Source: Hyaloraphidium curvatum SAG 235-1 (taxonomy: Eukaryota > Fungi > Monoblepharomycota). From it: a stretch of 64,000 bases of DNA. The stretch lies in assembly GCA_025558095.1 (NCBI GenBank), contig JAIVFI010000020.1, forward strand, positions 434,001-498,000, in the 5' to 3' direction. The notes below the pieces were generated by a model. That model did not search any database and was not told where the DNA came from. It saw nothing but the letters and a program-made list of their open reading frames with translations. Shown here in pieces: positions 49,128 through 62,724 of the stretch. The translations under genes were made by a program, and so were the position numbers. Every line of letters starts with the position of its first letter. Position 1 is the stretch's first letter.

Positions 49128-49346
49128 GTTGAATGGCGTGTTATGCGGGTAGCGTCGCGAAACGAAAAAGTTGGGCGTGCCGGCGATGGGTCCTCCGGGC
49201 CAAACTCCCAGCGATTTCGGGCTTCCCCACAGCTGTGCCTCCCAGATCTCAACGTGAGACAGATCGAGACATTCGGCACCAGCTCAACGGCTCGTTTGCG
49301 ACATCGATCGGGTATCATTGTGCCACCACCATACATCGGCGTCCGA

Positions 49347-51095
49347 TCAGTTGACAAGCATCATCGAGCTCTTCTCGTAGAGGCTGCTCACGACGTTGCC
49401 CATCGACTTGACCGTGTCGATACTTGCCTCGTACATTTTCTGGGGGGTGATCGGATCAGCGTGCAGTTCCGCGACCGAGTGGCTTCGGGACTCACGTCCG
49501 AAGGGATGTCGTCGAAGATGACGAGGCATCCAGCACCCTGGTCGAGAATGCCGTTCAAAGCCTTGTCTAGGATCATCTTCGACAATCTGGAAGCCCGTGT
49601 GTCAGTACCCACGTGAGGTGGATCCGCGAGACCATGCTTACTTGGCCTCGACCTGCGCTGCAGGAAGCTTGACAAGCTCCGCGATGTGCGCAATCTCCAC
49701 GCGCGAAAAAGGTTCTATGATTCGGAGGAGATTTTGCTCAAGCAGGTTGTCGTAAAGGGTGGCGAGGTGTCCCCGGATGATCGGGTCGTTGCCAAGCTCT
49801 GCGTCAGGGAGGTCGCCGTGAGCCCGCGCACTTAGAACCAGGCACATCCGAACGTGATTCACCTTCCCGGTAGCTAGTAAGAGCCTGTTCAAACTCCAAC
49901 AGCGACCGATTCTGGTACGCCGTGGCAACCGCCCTCAAGGATTCGACGTCCCTGCCCTGATAGCGCAGCGCAACCTTCCCGCTCACGATGGCGTGCACGT
50001 CTTCGGCCTTCATCGAAGGTCAGCTTCTAAAGCTCCTCTAGTCATGACCTGCCTCACCTGGTTGAGCATGATCTTGCACAAGAGCATGTACTTTAACGCC
50101 GACACAACGCGCGGGTCCTCCTGCGAAGAGTAGCCCTCGAAGGTTTCGTAGAAGTAGGAGTAGGCCGTCTTGTAGTCCTTCTCCTCGGCGTGCAGGATGC
50201 CCGACTGCATGTCGAGCTGAGCCTGCATCAGGGGCGGGCAGTAGATCGCGTTCGCGGAGGTCCTTGCCGAAGTCAAGGCAGCCTAAGACAATAGCATCCA
50301 TTTAGCTCATCGTGCTGTAGTGAGAAGGGAAGCACGAGATCGCCCACCCTCGACTTCGGCAGGTTCCGCAGCGCGTGGTACACCCGGCTCTCCAAAAGCT
50401 GGACCTCCATGAGCGCGTTCTTGTCGTCTAGCCGCTTCAGCTCCTTCAGCAGGGTCCCAATCAGAGCCAGAGCGTCCGAGTACATCCGGTTGTCCAGGTA
50501 GCTGCGACAGCGCAACCAGTCCGTCAGCGTGGCCCAATCCCCGCCCAAGCCAGCAAACCCACAGGGACACGAGCTTCGTCTCCAGAGCTTGCCGCAGAAA
50601 CACGGTCTTTTCCTGGACCGCCCACTGGATGGTGTTCTTGCACACCTCCACCTGCAGCGCCGTCGTGTTCGGGATCGTCGCAAAACCCTCGATGAGCCCC
50701 CTGACTGAAGACAGAAAGCCGCCACCATGAGCCGTCTATGCCTCAGCCAAAGACGCGTCCCAACACACCGATCTTGGCCGTCTTGGCCTTGGGCAGGCCG
50801 GACAGGAACGCGTAGGAATTGGAGATCAATTTTGCGAGGTCATCCGGCCGCTTCAGGGTCGAGTAGAGGGATCCGAGCTTCGTGATCGCTGCCTCCCGCA
50901 CTCGAGACGTCTCGTCGGAAGGCGCTGCGCGATTCGGCTCGGCGTGAGGGGCAGCTGGAAGTTCGTTCCGCCGAGCCCACCCGCCCCGGCGGCGGCCGCC
51001 AAAACGGCCTCGTAGCGCGCCGCCGCTTCCGCCGGATCAGACTTGATCGTCGCATCCAATTGGCCGAGCTCATCGGCCGTCGGAAGCCCCGCCAT
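49347..51095 (-). CDS. RPN6: 26S proteasome lid subunit Rpn6
   Basis: [64 protein letters not shown]. Confidence 0.97.
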
Positions 51096-51190
51096 CGTGA
51101 ATGGAAAGGAAGCGAAGGGCGCGTCGATTTGGGCCCGCGCGGGGTGCGGGCGGAGCGTGCGCGCTCTCCAAACGCCCCACACCGCAAACC

Positions 51191-52223
51191 ATGGCAACCG
51201 CTTTGGAGGCACCGACGAAGCTGGAGGCCCAGATGGACCGGGACAGAACCGTCGAAGATATCATGGGCGACCCCGGCCCGGTGCGATTCTCGTTCGAGGA
51301 CTACGTCAAGTTCGAGCTCAAGATCAACCTTGACGCCAAGAAGGAGGCAGCAAGTGGGCTCGCACCCAGATTGCCGATGTCCCGGCATTCATCTGATCGC
51401 ATCGTGGTCGTCGCTACAGATACGACGCCGATTTGCCGGTTTTGGCTCCAGGGGCGCTGTAGGATGGGGGACTCTTGCTCGGTGGGTGCCTTCGGACGGG
51501 CCGACCCAACGCCTGCTGACCCAGTGTACCGGCAGATGAGGCACAAGGCGGACAAGTCCGTCGTTTGCAAGCACTGGTTGAGGGGCCTCTGCAAGAAGGG
51601 GGACGATTGCGACTACCTCCACGAGTACAACCTGAAGAAGATGCCCGAGTGCTGGTTCTTCACCAAGTACGGGGAGTGCTCCAACCCGGAGTGCATGTAC
51701 CTCCACATAGACCCCAACTCCAAGATCAAGGAGTGCGCGTGGTACAACAGGGGCTTTTGCAAGCATGGTGGGCTCGAAACCGCTCCCGCTGCCGAGCGAT
51801 TTGGAGCTGACAGTTGCTGTTGACCAGGTCCGAAGTGCCGAAGCAAGCACGTCAAGAGAGCCGTGTGCCAGAACTACCTGATCGGATTCTGCCCGAAGGG
51901 ACCTGATTGCCCGCTGGGACATCCGAAGCACGAGCTGCCGACGGATATGGAGCCCGGCAAGGTTTGGAAGCCGCTGGAGGAGGTGACCTGCTTCCAGGTA
52001 CGTGGCGTCATTTGTGACCTTTATTGAACAACGCTAACTTCATTCGCAGTGCGGGCAAAAGGGGCACTTTGCCAACAAGTGCCCCCAACGTCTTGCCGAC
52101 ATGCAGAACCGGCAAGCCACCGCACAAGCCACCATCGCACGGCCGATACCGACCTTCACGAGCACCAGCAGCTCGAGCTACGCGCAGCAGGGGATGGCCA
52201 TCGCGACGTACGAGAGCCGATGA
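51191..52223 (+). CDS. YTH1: CPSF30/Yth1 (CCCH zinc fingers plus C-terminal CCHC knuckle)
   Basis: VVCKHWLRGLCKKGDDCDYLHEYNLKKMPEC, ECAWYNRGFCKHG, VTCFQ|CGQKGHFANKC. Confidence 0.95.
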
Positions 52224-52395
52224 GGACGCGAGTGGAGCTGTCCACGAGGATCTGGGCTTTGGACGAATTGCAAGCTTTGTCAATACCCTGCTAGATACCA
52301 TGTACATTGATCAATCATCTTTTGCTCGATACCGTGTCGAGCGCCTCCTCCTCCGAGCGCGATGCTATGTCCCGTGCTCATGTCCGTGATCCCCT

Positions 52396-52781
52396 CTAGA
52401 ACGACTTTGCCGTCAGCGAGTTGCCGAGCTTGATGATCGTATGCCGCAGCACGAAATCGTCCAGAGACAGCAGCCGCGACAGGGTCTTCATGGTCTCGGG
52501 CTTGCTGTCAAACTGCATCGCCCAGTACGTCCCGCGCGTGTGCCACTCCCCCTTCTTGATCCGAGAATAGAGCGGCAGGTCCTTCCCCATCGGCTCGAAA
52601 GCGCGCACGACCCCGTTGTTGTCCAGGACGTGCAGGGCGCTGTTCCGGAGAAGGCGCCGCATCGCGCTCTGTAGAGCAGCCCGGGCCATCAACCTCTCGA
52701 AAACGGGAGAAGCATAGTCAAAGAAGCACGCACGTTGGACATCCCGGCTCGCGCTATGCAGACGATCTCGTAGAGGGGCAT
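52396..52781 (-). CDS. MRPS6: Mitochondrial ribosomal protein bS6m (Mrp17)
   Basis: MPLYEIVCIAR, VLDNNGVVRAFE.MG..LP, GTYWAMQFDS, LDDFVLRHTIIK. Confidence 0.88.
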
Positions 52782-52881
52782 CGCGTTTCGCTTGTTCTCG
52801 GTTCCCTTACTTGCCCGCGCGGGGGGCGCCTTCGAATCTCCTGCCTCGTTTCCTGCCCGGGCGGTCCAGGCAGCACCCAAA

Positions 52882-55800
52882 ATGCTCACTGCTCGCCACG
52901 ATGGCGTGGCCCGGTCCGCCACGGCCGCGCCAGCGACGGACGATTGCGAGCTGGTCCCCCTCCCGACCCCCTCGAACTTTGCCTTCCCCTTTCCTCCGTA
53001 CCCTATCCAACTGGAGTTCATGACCTCTCTCTACACTGCGATCGAAGCGAAGAAGCAGGTTGCCATATTTGAGTCTCCCACCGGCACGGTGTGTACTACC
53101 CCGAGGCGGGCTTGAGGCGGGATCGGGACGGTGGTCGCTGACTCGCGCAACTAGGGCAAATCTCTTTCGCTGCTTTGCGGCTCTCTGCGATGGCTAAAGG
53201 ACAACCAGCAACGCATGGTTGACGCCAAACGGGCGGCCGCTTTGCGTTCCGCTGCCCAGGAGTCCACGAACGTGGCGGACACTCTGCGGGACGACGATGG
53301 TACCAGATCCGAACGCCACGCCGTGTCCGCTACTTGACCAGACTTCTTTGGGACCATTCGGACGTAGAGCCCGACTGGGTGGTTCAGCAGAGCAAGGCAC
53401 GCGTGGAAGCTCAGAAACTGGCACTTGTCGACGAGGAGATTGCGCGCGAACAACGCCGCAAGGAATACCTGCAGTCTTTGCGCCTCGCGGAGAAGGCCAA
53501 AGGCGCGAAAGAGTCGCGAGAGCGTGCGGCAAAGCGCCAGGTCGGCCGCCGACGACAACGAAGGACGTGAGCCAGACTTACCCCGTGCTTCGGGCCAGAA
53601 ACTCGATTCGAATGCAGAGGACGACTTCGCCGTGGACGACTATGAGAGCGACGAGGACGACGCGCGCAAGCAGATCAAGAAGATTCTCTCCGGGTAGGTT
53701 TTTGTCTCAACCCAACACTGGCAGCAAACCCCAAATTTCCCCGACTGCAGCGCGGATGACGACGACAAAGTTGATCAGCTCGTGGGGGAGGATGGCGAAG
53801 AGCCGGACGAGATCAAGGTACACGCTTTGTGTTTGGACAAACCTGCAGTGCGCCCACGAAAGCGGTCCCAGATCTTCTACTGCAGTCGAACGCACTCACA
53901 GCTGTCGCAGGTCGTGAACGAGATAAAGAAGACGGCGTACGGAGCCGATATTTGCAACGTTTCGCTGGCCTCGCGGAAGAACACCTGCATACACCCACGG
54001 GTCTCCCGGTACAAATCCGTCGCAAGGATCAATGACGCGTGCCTGGACCTGCAGAAAGGTGCCCTTTGCTGTCTTCCCACACGGTTCCGGACGTTCATGC
54101 GCAGCAGACAAGAACGGCTGTTGCTCCTACCTGAAGGACAAGCCAATGCATGTCTTCCGTGACCATGCGCACGCCACTGTCCAGGATATCGAGGAGTTGG
54201 TCGCCAAAGGCCGTCAGCTGGCCATCTGCCCTTACTACGGCACTCGTTCTGCGATCCGATCATCTGAGGTGGAAACCCTTTGCTCCCGCCCCGAGACCTC
54301 CGCTTACACGTCACGCAGATCGTCACCTTGCCATACAACCTCCTGCTGCAAAAGTCGTCGCGCCAGTCCTTGGGGCTGTCCGTGAAGGGGCACGTCGTCA
54401 TCATCGACGAAGCGCACAACCTGATCGACACTGTGCAAAGTATCTACTCCGTGTCGGTCACCCTTTCCCAGATCCTTCTGGCCCACAAGCAGCTGACGGC
54501 GTACTTCGAGAAGTACAAGCCGCGCTTGAACGGGCAGAACGTCATGTACATCCAGCAGATCCTGTCTCTGCTGGTCGCGCTCCGTGGATTCGCAGAAGCT
54601 CGCCGCACCAGTGCTGCGGGGGCGGCCAAAGGCAACGGGGCGCCCGAGAGCATGTGGACCATCAACGACTTTGGTCACGGTCTCCGCATCGACAACATCA
54701 ACCTGTTCAAGGTGCAGACGTACCTACAGCAAAGCAGACTTGCCCAGAAGGTTTGCGTCTTGCGTGCAGCCCGCTAGCGATGGAGTTTACCCTCATCATT
54801 TCCCAGCTGCAAGGCTTTACCGAGAAGCAGGCCGATGGCGGCAAGAAGAAGCCAGACCTCGCGGAGCCAGACAAAGCCGACGACGACGATTACGTGATGA
54901 AGCATGTCTCTGCGCTCGGTGAGGTGGAACGCTTCGTCATGTGCCTTACGGACGCCGACGTCGACGGCCGCATCATCATGGCGCGCAACGATCCCGTGGA
55001 GCTCAAGTACATGCTGCTCAACCCGGCGAACGCCATCCGAGACGTCGTGGAAGAAGCACGCATCGTCATCCTCGCAGGAGGCACAATGGAGCCGGTCGGT
55101 CGCAGCGTCATCCCGGGGTGTCTCGTGCTGACTGTGCCCAAAGGTGTCGGACCTCCTGATGCAACTGTTTCCGTACCTTCCGGATGGGGACATTGCCCGC
55201 TTCAGCTGTGGTCACGTCATCCCACCGTCGTCCCTCCACACCACTGCGCTTGCAACGGGGCCGTCAGGCATGGCCATGGACTTCACCTACCAGAATCGAT
55301 CCAATGTGAAGCTCGTGGGTGGTGATGACATTGAGTGCCAAACGACCGCGCTAACCGGACCTTAGATTGACGAACTGGGACAGATCGTGGTCAACGCAGC
55401 GACCATTGTCCCTGCCGGCATGGTCTGCTTCTTCGTCTCCTATGCTTACATGGAGTCTGTCGTGCGGCGCTGGTCCGAAACAGAGACGATCAAGAGGCTG
55501 GAGAAACGCAAGCGAGTCTTTTTCGAACCTCGCGATGCGGGCCAGGTCGACGCCATGCTCAGGGAGTATGCCACGCACGTTGCTGCGTCGAGTGCATCCA
55601 GCGGAAAGGACGGAGCCATCCTCTTTGCCGTGGTTGGGGGCAAGATGTCGGAAGGCATCAACTTTTCCGACGACTTGGGCAGGTGAACTCTTTTCCGTGC
55701 CCGCTTCTTGACCGAGAGCTTGACGAATGTTGTTTCCAGATGCGTCATTATGGTTGGGCTTCCCTTCCCGAACTCGGGCTCCGTGGAGATTCGGGAGAAG

Positions 55801-56198
55801 ATGTCGTGGCTCAAGAGCAGCCGCGCCTCGGAGGCGGAGGTGAGAACAGACGATGGATGGCACGGGACAGTGCAGCTCATAATCTGAAAGGGCAACGCCG
55901 CTGCAAGCGACTACTACGAGAATCTCTGCATGCGAGCTGTCAATCAATCGATAGGTGTGAGCGCAACCGGGGTCAGACCGGACATGTCGCTGATGCACAT
56001 CCTCTAGGTCGCGCGATCCGCCACCAGAACGACTATGCGAGCATCCTTCTCGTGGACAAGCGTTACCAATCCGCCAGGATCCAGCGAAAAATCCCGCTTT
56101 GGATCAGCAGTCACATGGTTAACGCTCCTTCGTTTGGCGCGGCGTTCAGCTCCATGGGCCAGTTCTTCAAGAGCCGCAGAACGAATACACTGCCATAG
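52882..56198 (+). CDS. CHL1: Fe-S DNA helicase Chl1/DDX11
   Basis: FPFPPYPIQ, FESPTGT|GKSLS, FYCSRTHSQL, CPYYG, IIDEAHNL, LAGGTMEP, VVGGKMSEGINFSDDLGR, NQSIGRAIRH. Confidence 0.96.
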
Positions 56199-56202
56199 AC
56201 AT

Positions 56203-57712
56203 CTATTCTGCCACGTACGGAGTCACCAGCATCTTGCTGAATTCCTTTATCCGCTCCACGCCCCGCACCTCCTCGGTCAGAAGCGGCAGCTTCACAACGT
56301 GGAAGCCGTCCAGTTCATACAAGTCGTTGATCTGGTCCAGGTACTTGCGCTGCATCTTGCACCTAACGTTGCACATCTCGCACGAGGATCCTGATGGTCC
56401 GACTACGATCAGCCCATACGAATGCGACACCGACGATTCACGGGGCTAACCCTTCTTGGGGAAGAGGAGCTGGTTGCAGACAATCGTGTTGGTGTCGATT
56501 TTGAACGACGCCAGCTCCTGAATCATGCGTTCCGTCTCGTAGAGGGAAAGGAACTCGGCGATGCACACGCAGACGAAAGTCGTCTTTTCCTGCAGGACGA
56601 TGGCAGGTTTAGCCAGCACGTCAGCGTCAGCAATTCAAAGGCCAACGAACCGGATCTTGGAACTGCTGGTTGACCTCGTGGATCACTTCTCGCATGCCCT
56701 CAAGCTTCTCAAACATCTGGTCGTACCCGGTAACACCCATCATGCTCCCCATCTGAAAGCGCAGCGCAGGTGCGGGTCAACCTCCATGAGATAATGCGAA
56801 AGCAGCGAACGAACTTGCTGCATCATCGGTGCTAGCCGCCCGCTGAACTGCATCAGCTTTCCCAGTGCCTTCTCCAAGACAGTGGGGAAGGACAGGAAAC
56901 GGAGAGTGTGGCCCGTTGGTGCCGTGTCGAAGACAATGACGGAATAGTCCATGGACTTGACCAGTCTAACGAGGAGTCAGCAGAAGCAAAGGAGCAATCG
57001 GGCCAAGCCACAACTCACTTCATGACCTCGGCAAAGCTCATGGCCTCGTCCACACCGGGGATGCTGAAAGCGAGGTCCTGCATCACAGAGTTCATCAGCC
57101 CGCTTTCGTCTGTAATGTCCATGCTTTAGTCTGGTCTTGAACGGCAGCGACTGAACTCACTCTGCTCCATCATCTCCTGGATCGCGCCCGTAGGGTCAAT
57201 TTCCTAAGTTGGGGCAGTGTCAGAGCATGGTAGGCCCCCGCGCAGACGCCTGCGGACCATTGCAGAGAGATTGTCGAACCCGTTGACCTTGACAGGCGTT
57301 TTGCTGAACTTTTGCCCGAAAGCGTCGCTACGAAGCCGTTGCTCGGTCTTTGCACCTCAGCTCCAGCACGCACATTCCCACCTCAAGTTATGGGCGGGAT
57401 CCGTGGAGATCAGCAACACATTCTCTCTTGCCGCGGCGAGCTGAGTTGCCAGGCTGCAACTGGATAACCCCGGCGGAGCCAGCGCGTCAAACGCCGATGT
57501 CGCCCCAAGTCCCGTGCCATTCCAACCTAGTCGTGGTCTTCCCGACGCCTCCTTTGCCTCCGACAAAGATCCTGCGCGAGCCAGCACCACGGAAAGTCGT
57601 CGAAGATCAGGTCAGGGTCCGGCGCCCAAGGGCGGCCCGCATGGCCTGACCATTTCAGCGACTTCTTGTCCAGAATGTGCTGCACTGACGGAGCGGCGAC
57701 ATCGTCGGCCAT
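56203..57712 (-). CDS. GET3: Tail-anchored protein targeting ATPase Get3/ASNA1
   Basis: [58 protein letters not shown]. Confidence 0.97.
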
Positions 57713-57806
57713 CGTCCCGGCAGAGGCCACGCAGATCCTGTTTGGGACCGTCTCAAAAGCACCGCCGGCCCGCGGGCGGCGCGGGAACAAACGCGTCCGC
57801 CGAATC

Positions 57807-59568
57807 ATGAGCGGCGTTGGCGTCCAAGCCGCCTACGCGCTAATCCTGGCGATGACATTCGCCGCCGTCAATCGCAACGTCCCGTTACCGTACATGGTTG
57901 GTCTTGGCGTTCCGACGGGGTCGAACGTGGCGGGGTTGGAGGGTGACGCTGGACCTGCTCCAGGACGAGCCATTCCACGTGCCGCAGGCCCAGCGCTACT
58001 GTCGTGGAGACTTCATGACATGGGATCCGAAGCTCACGACGCCTCCGGGTCTGTATGTGTTCCCTGCGGCCCTGCTCTATGGGATACGGGTCGTCTCGGA
58101 CGTGCTACCTATGCTGCGGGGCCTCAGCGACCCAGCTGTCTTGTGTTCCGTGGCCGGACTACGGACTTGGAACATTCTGTTTGCCCTGGGCACGTTGAAG
58201 GTCCTGCGCTTGATCCTGCTTCGCCTGCGGTCCCGACCAGCCGGCCAGTCTGACCCAGGCTCCGAGTCGGACGCGAGCATGGAGGCTACAGTGATTTCTC
58301 TGTTCCCACTCTCTTTCTTTTTCCATTTTCTTTACTACACGGATACTGGATCCGCCTTCTTTGTGCTTCTGGGCTACTTGTGGATGCTCGAAGGGAGATA
58401 TATGCCGAGTGCCGGGGTATGCCACGAAAGCTCGCAGCCTATGCCACGTCTCCTCACGAGCGTTCGATCCTAAAGGCCGCCTTTGTTTCCTTGTGGTTCC
58501 GACAAACCAACTCGGTTTGGACGTTGTTCATTGCCGCCCTTGCCGTCACCCGCGAACTGTCGGCCTGCGCCGGCTACGAACGCCTGCGGTCTTCGGCTGC
58601 GTCCGATGGTTGGTTGCCCTGCTCCTTCGTTCCGGAATTGAGATCAAAGCCTGATGCTACCGCAGATTCTCCCCTGCAAACAATAGGCGCGCTCTTGAGG
58701 GGCATTGTGGCCAAGCCTGCACTTGTCTTCCAAACCTTGCTCCCCTACTTGTGGCCTCTGGGCACCTTTGTCGCCTTCCTTTTGTGGAATCAAGGGACCA
58801 TAGTCCTAGGTACGAGCACTTTGGCGCCGCACATTACTGTGGTCATTGTCGCGCTCGAATGCAGGTGACAAATCCAACCACGTGGCGGGCCTTCATGTGC
58901 CCCAGGTCTTGTACTTCTCCGCATTTGCAGCTTTCTACATGCTGCCCCTCCTCCCCCTGGAACGTCTACCGGGTTCCATTCTTGGCATGACGTGGGGACG
59001 GGCGCGAAGTCTCATATTTGCTATGGTCGCGCAGTTGCAAGCTGTGCGGCGCTTCACGTGAGTCCAGCCTGGGGCCAAGGTAGTGCGAAAGGCTAATGCT
59101 GGATTGCCAGCCTCGAGCACCCGTTCCTCCTCGCCGACAACCGCCACTATACGTTCTACATCTGGAAGAACATCTTTCGGCGGCATCCTCTCGCCAAGTA
59201 CTTGGTCATTCCCGGCTACACCGCCAGCTTCTGCTTGCTGTGGTGGCTCATCTGTACGTGCCCACAACACTACCTGTGTTGAGTCCCGCTCACATGCGCC
59301 TCCAGCTCCGGCAGTCACCACTGTCTGGCTCCTTGGCTACCTAGCCGCGACCGCCATCACCCTTGTACCTTCGCCGCTGCTGGAGTTCAGGTACTTTATC
59401 ATACCGTACATTCTCCTGCGGTTACACGTTCCTCGGCCGAGCCGCCAGCGACTGGTGATCGAGGGAGCCGTCTACGCCATTGTGAACGCCTTGACCTTGT
59501 GGATCTTCCTGACGCGTACGTTCACGTGGCCCAGCGATCCCGGAGAAGCGCAGAGGTTCATGTGGTGA
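57807..59568 (+). CDS. ALG10: Alpha-1,2-glucosyltransferase Alg10/Die2
   Basis: PYM|DEPFHVPQAQRYC, WDPKLTTPPGLY, FLYYTD, FRQTN, GDKSNH, HPFLLADNRHY, LLEFRYF, QRFMW. Confidence 0.96.
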
Positions 59569-59592
59569 CTCATGAATGAAAAGCGAGCTACA

Positions 59593-62573
59593 TCACCCGC
59601 GCTTCTTCTTGCCCATCCTCTCCGCCTTGTTGATCTCGCCCGCTTCCTGGCTGATCACGCCCATTACCCGCGACATCTTTTTCTTGTACGCCGCGTCCTT
59701 CTCCTTAATCTCCGCCAGGCGCTGGCGATGAACAAAGGTCGTGTCCTTCCGCACCTCCCGCATCGCGCCCTTGAACTCCTTCTTGTACTGCACCTGCAGC
59801 TTCTTGTTCTGCTGCCGTTCCCGGTTCGGATCGTAGCGACGATCGGCAGAGAAGTTCTCCTCGAACTTGGGCAGGTACGACGGTATGGCGATGGGCTTGT
59901 GCTGCTGCAACTGCAGGGGCTTCCGGTCTGCGATGGCCTTGCTGATGGCCTCCTCAATGGCCTCCTTGTGCCGTTGAATGGTGTCGCGCGCCGAGCCAGT
60001 CGCAAGGGGAATGAGATCCACAATGCTCTTGGCATGCCCCGCAAAGATCTCAGGCAACGCCGGAAGGTCCTGGTAGAGCTGGACCATGCGGCCGACGACT
60101 CCAACAGCGGGTACAGCAAGCTCCCACAAGGGTCGTTTGCCGCCAAGCTTGATGGATGGAACCGATGAGAGCTTCTCCCCTGCCGACTTCAGCTCAGGGA
60201 CGAGGGCTGCGAGAAGAGCTGCGAGGTAGCTCGCGGCTTCGGGCATGAACCTCTTGGAAAGCTTCTGGAACTGGAGGCGAACAGTGAGCACCGAAGTCCA
60301 CCAACGTCCCAGAACGACCAACCTCCAGCACCATGTTGCAGAGAGCCAAGCCCCGCATTACATCCTCGTAGCTTCTCTGCAGCTTCAAGCCGAGAAACTT
60401 GCACACGAGCATTTGCAAGGGAGTCGTTATCGGGTGCCGAAGATCCGAGGTCGGAAAAAGCTGGCCAATGAGCTGCAGCATGGCAACGTCCGAGGCGTTT
60501 ATGATTCCCTTTCTCGTGCCGTGCACCACGCCTGCCTCGAGGCGTTCCTTCAGCTCGGCAAGGTAGTCATGGGCGTGGCGGAAGGCTGCCTCGGGCATCT
60601 CCTGCGCGAGCTCCCTGATGTGGCGCACGACCACATCGCCGCCATCAGGCGCATGAGAAGCAGGGGAATAGCAATTTGCAAGGTGCTGCACAAGAATGAG
60701 ATAGAGAGTTTCCATCTTGGACTTGTTCTGGGGATGCAGCTTGACGTGATAAAGTGACCGAAGCCGCGTCACGACCGTGTCCAAATCCGCCACAGACCGC
60801 CCATCGACAATGGATGCAAACTGTTCGTACGAAGCAGGCGCGGGGAAGACGAAAGGAAGCTCCTTCAGGGCTGCTTGCCGTCGCGCCTCGCGCAAGGCTG
60901 CTTTCTGGGCGCGCTCCTCTTCCGGTTCCTCGATCTCCGCGTTCATCCCGTCCTGTCCTCGTTCATCATCCACGATATCCGATTCCAGGTCCGAATCGTT
61001 CCCTTCTGCGGATGCCTCGGAGCCTGCCGACTCGTTTTCGTCATCGTCCGAGTCATCCCCGCTCTCCGGATCTTCATCCGACCCGCTTCCTTCAGCAGAG
61101 TCCCCCACGCCCGCGCCATCGCTGGATCCTTCCTCACTGCCATCCTCATCTTCATCGGAGACCCCAGCTTCTTCCGACTTCGATCTTCGAGCGGGATTCC
61201 CCCTGCTCATGGAAATCTCGCCGTTGACAAGACGCCCGTCCCTGTAGGTCAGGGGTTTCGAGTCCTGTAGCGGCAGAGCGCCAAGAAAGTTGGACATTGG
61301 CTCCAAATAGTCGCCCGACGTGTCCAAGCGTAGGGCGCCGAATGTTGCAGCCTCGTCTTCGGGCAAAAGTCCCTGCAATCTGCGCTGCCGGTCCTGCTCC
61401 AGTCTCTCCAGTTTCTCCTTCCGTTCCAAGGCGAGCTCTTCCTCTGACTTCAGCCGATCCTGCGGCTTTGCGCGCTTCTCGCCGGCCAGCTGATGCACGA
61501 TGACATCGTAGTCCGCCTGGGCGTTCGGCCCAGCTCCTGCAACCTTCCCGCCTTTGGGCGCGGGCTCCTCCATGTCTTTGACTAGCATCCTGACGTCGTC
61601 CACTTCGGCATCCAGCTCTCGTCGCAGGTCCTCGTTCTCGTCCTTGGTTTTCTGGCGCTCCATCTTGCCAGAACAGGGCGTGAGTCAGGGAGAAACAAAT
61701 CGCGACTGCGCCCCCCACCTTGTGGAACTTGCTCTTGGCGATGATTTCCTTCATGATCTCGTTCCTGGACTTGTTGCCCGGTTCATCACGCTCAGCGAAG
61801 CCCCCAAAATGGGCCGCTCCGACGGTGTCCTCGTCAATCTGATCGTCCACTGCTCAAAATCAAGGTCAAGAGGGACGTACAGATAGCCATTTCGAGTCTC
61901 ACGGTCGGAGTCCTCCTCCCCGATAGTGTCGTCCATTGCGTCTTCCAAAGACCGTCCCAGATGAGTCAAGCCACCAAATGCGTCGCCGTCATCGTCATTA
62001 TCTTCCAGATTGAACAAGTTGTCCCCTCCTCTGCGAAGCGATCGCTGGTGGTCCCGCTGAGCAATGGAAGTGCCGCCCACGTCCAAAACCACGGCCCACC
62101 TGCTTCTCCCGAACAAAGCGCTCCATCATCTTTTCCTCCAGTGACATAGTCGGGTTGCTTTCGCCGAACCGGCGGTCCACGAACTGGCTGTCGCGCTTGC
62201 CCTTCTTCAACTCGGGGAGGAGCGTCTTGACCCGCTTTTAGAGAAGCCATCAGACAAGCTGGAACATAGAGTCGAGCCCGAGACGCCGGACCTTTTCCTC
62301 TCCCTTGACCTTGCTCACGCCGGGTCTGCCTTGGACACCGCGGGACTTGCGGCCCAGAACATCGTGCTTTTGCCGAGTGAACTTCAGCTCAAACGGGTTC
62401 TCGCCCGCCACCGCAGACAGCTTCTGCTTCCGCTCGATCGTCTTTGCGGCCTGTTCGGCCGGAGCGGTCTTCCTCCGCTTGGCCTTGGGTCCGAGAATCC
62501 CGACGTCGTGGAGGTTCCTCTTTAGCCGCTTCAGGGCACTTCCGCCCTTTCCCGCGGCCTGCTTTCCCTCCAT
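59593..62573 (-). CDS. NOP14: Nucleolar protein Nop14
   Basis: NPFELKFTRQKHDVLG, FVDRRFGE, EIIAKSKFHK, DRLKSEEE, FPTSDLRHP, KKEFKGAMREVRKD. Confidence 0.95.
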
Positions 62574-62724
62574 GGCGGTCCCTTTGTAGGGTCAGCGCCG
62601 GGAGAGTTGCAGGCTGGCAGCGCGATCCCGCAGCTGCTTTGTTTGGGTGTTTGCTGACGATCACGGAAGAGGAACGCGAGCCCGCGCATCAATTGCGGAA
62701 AGGCTGGAGCGGACAAAGCTCTAT

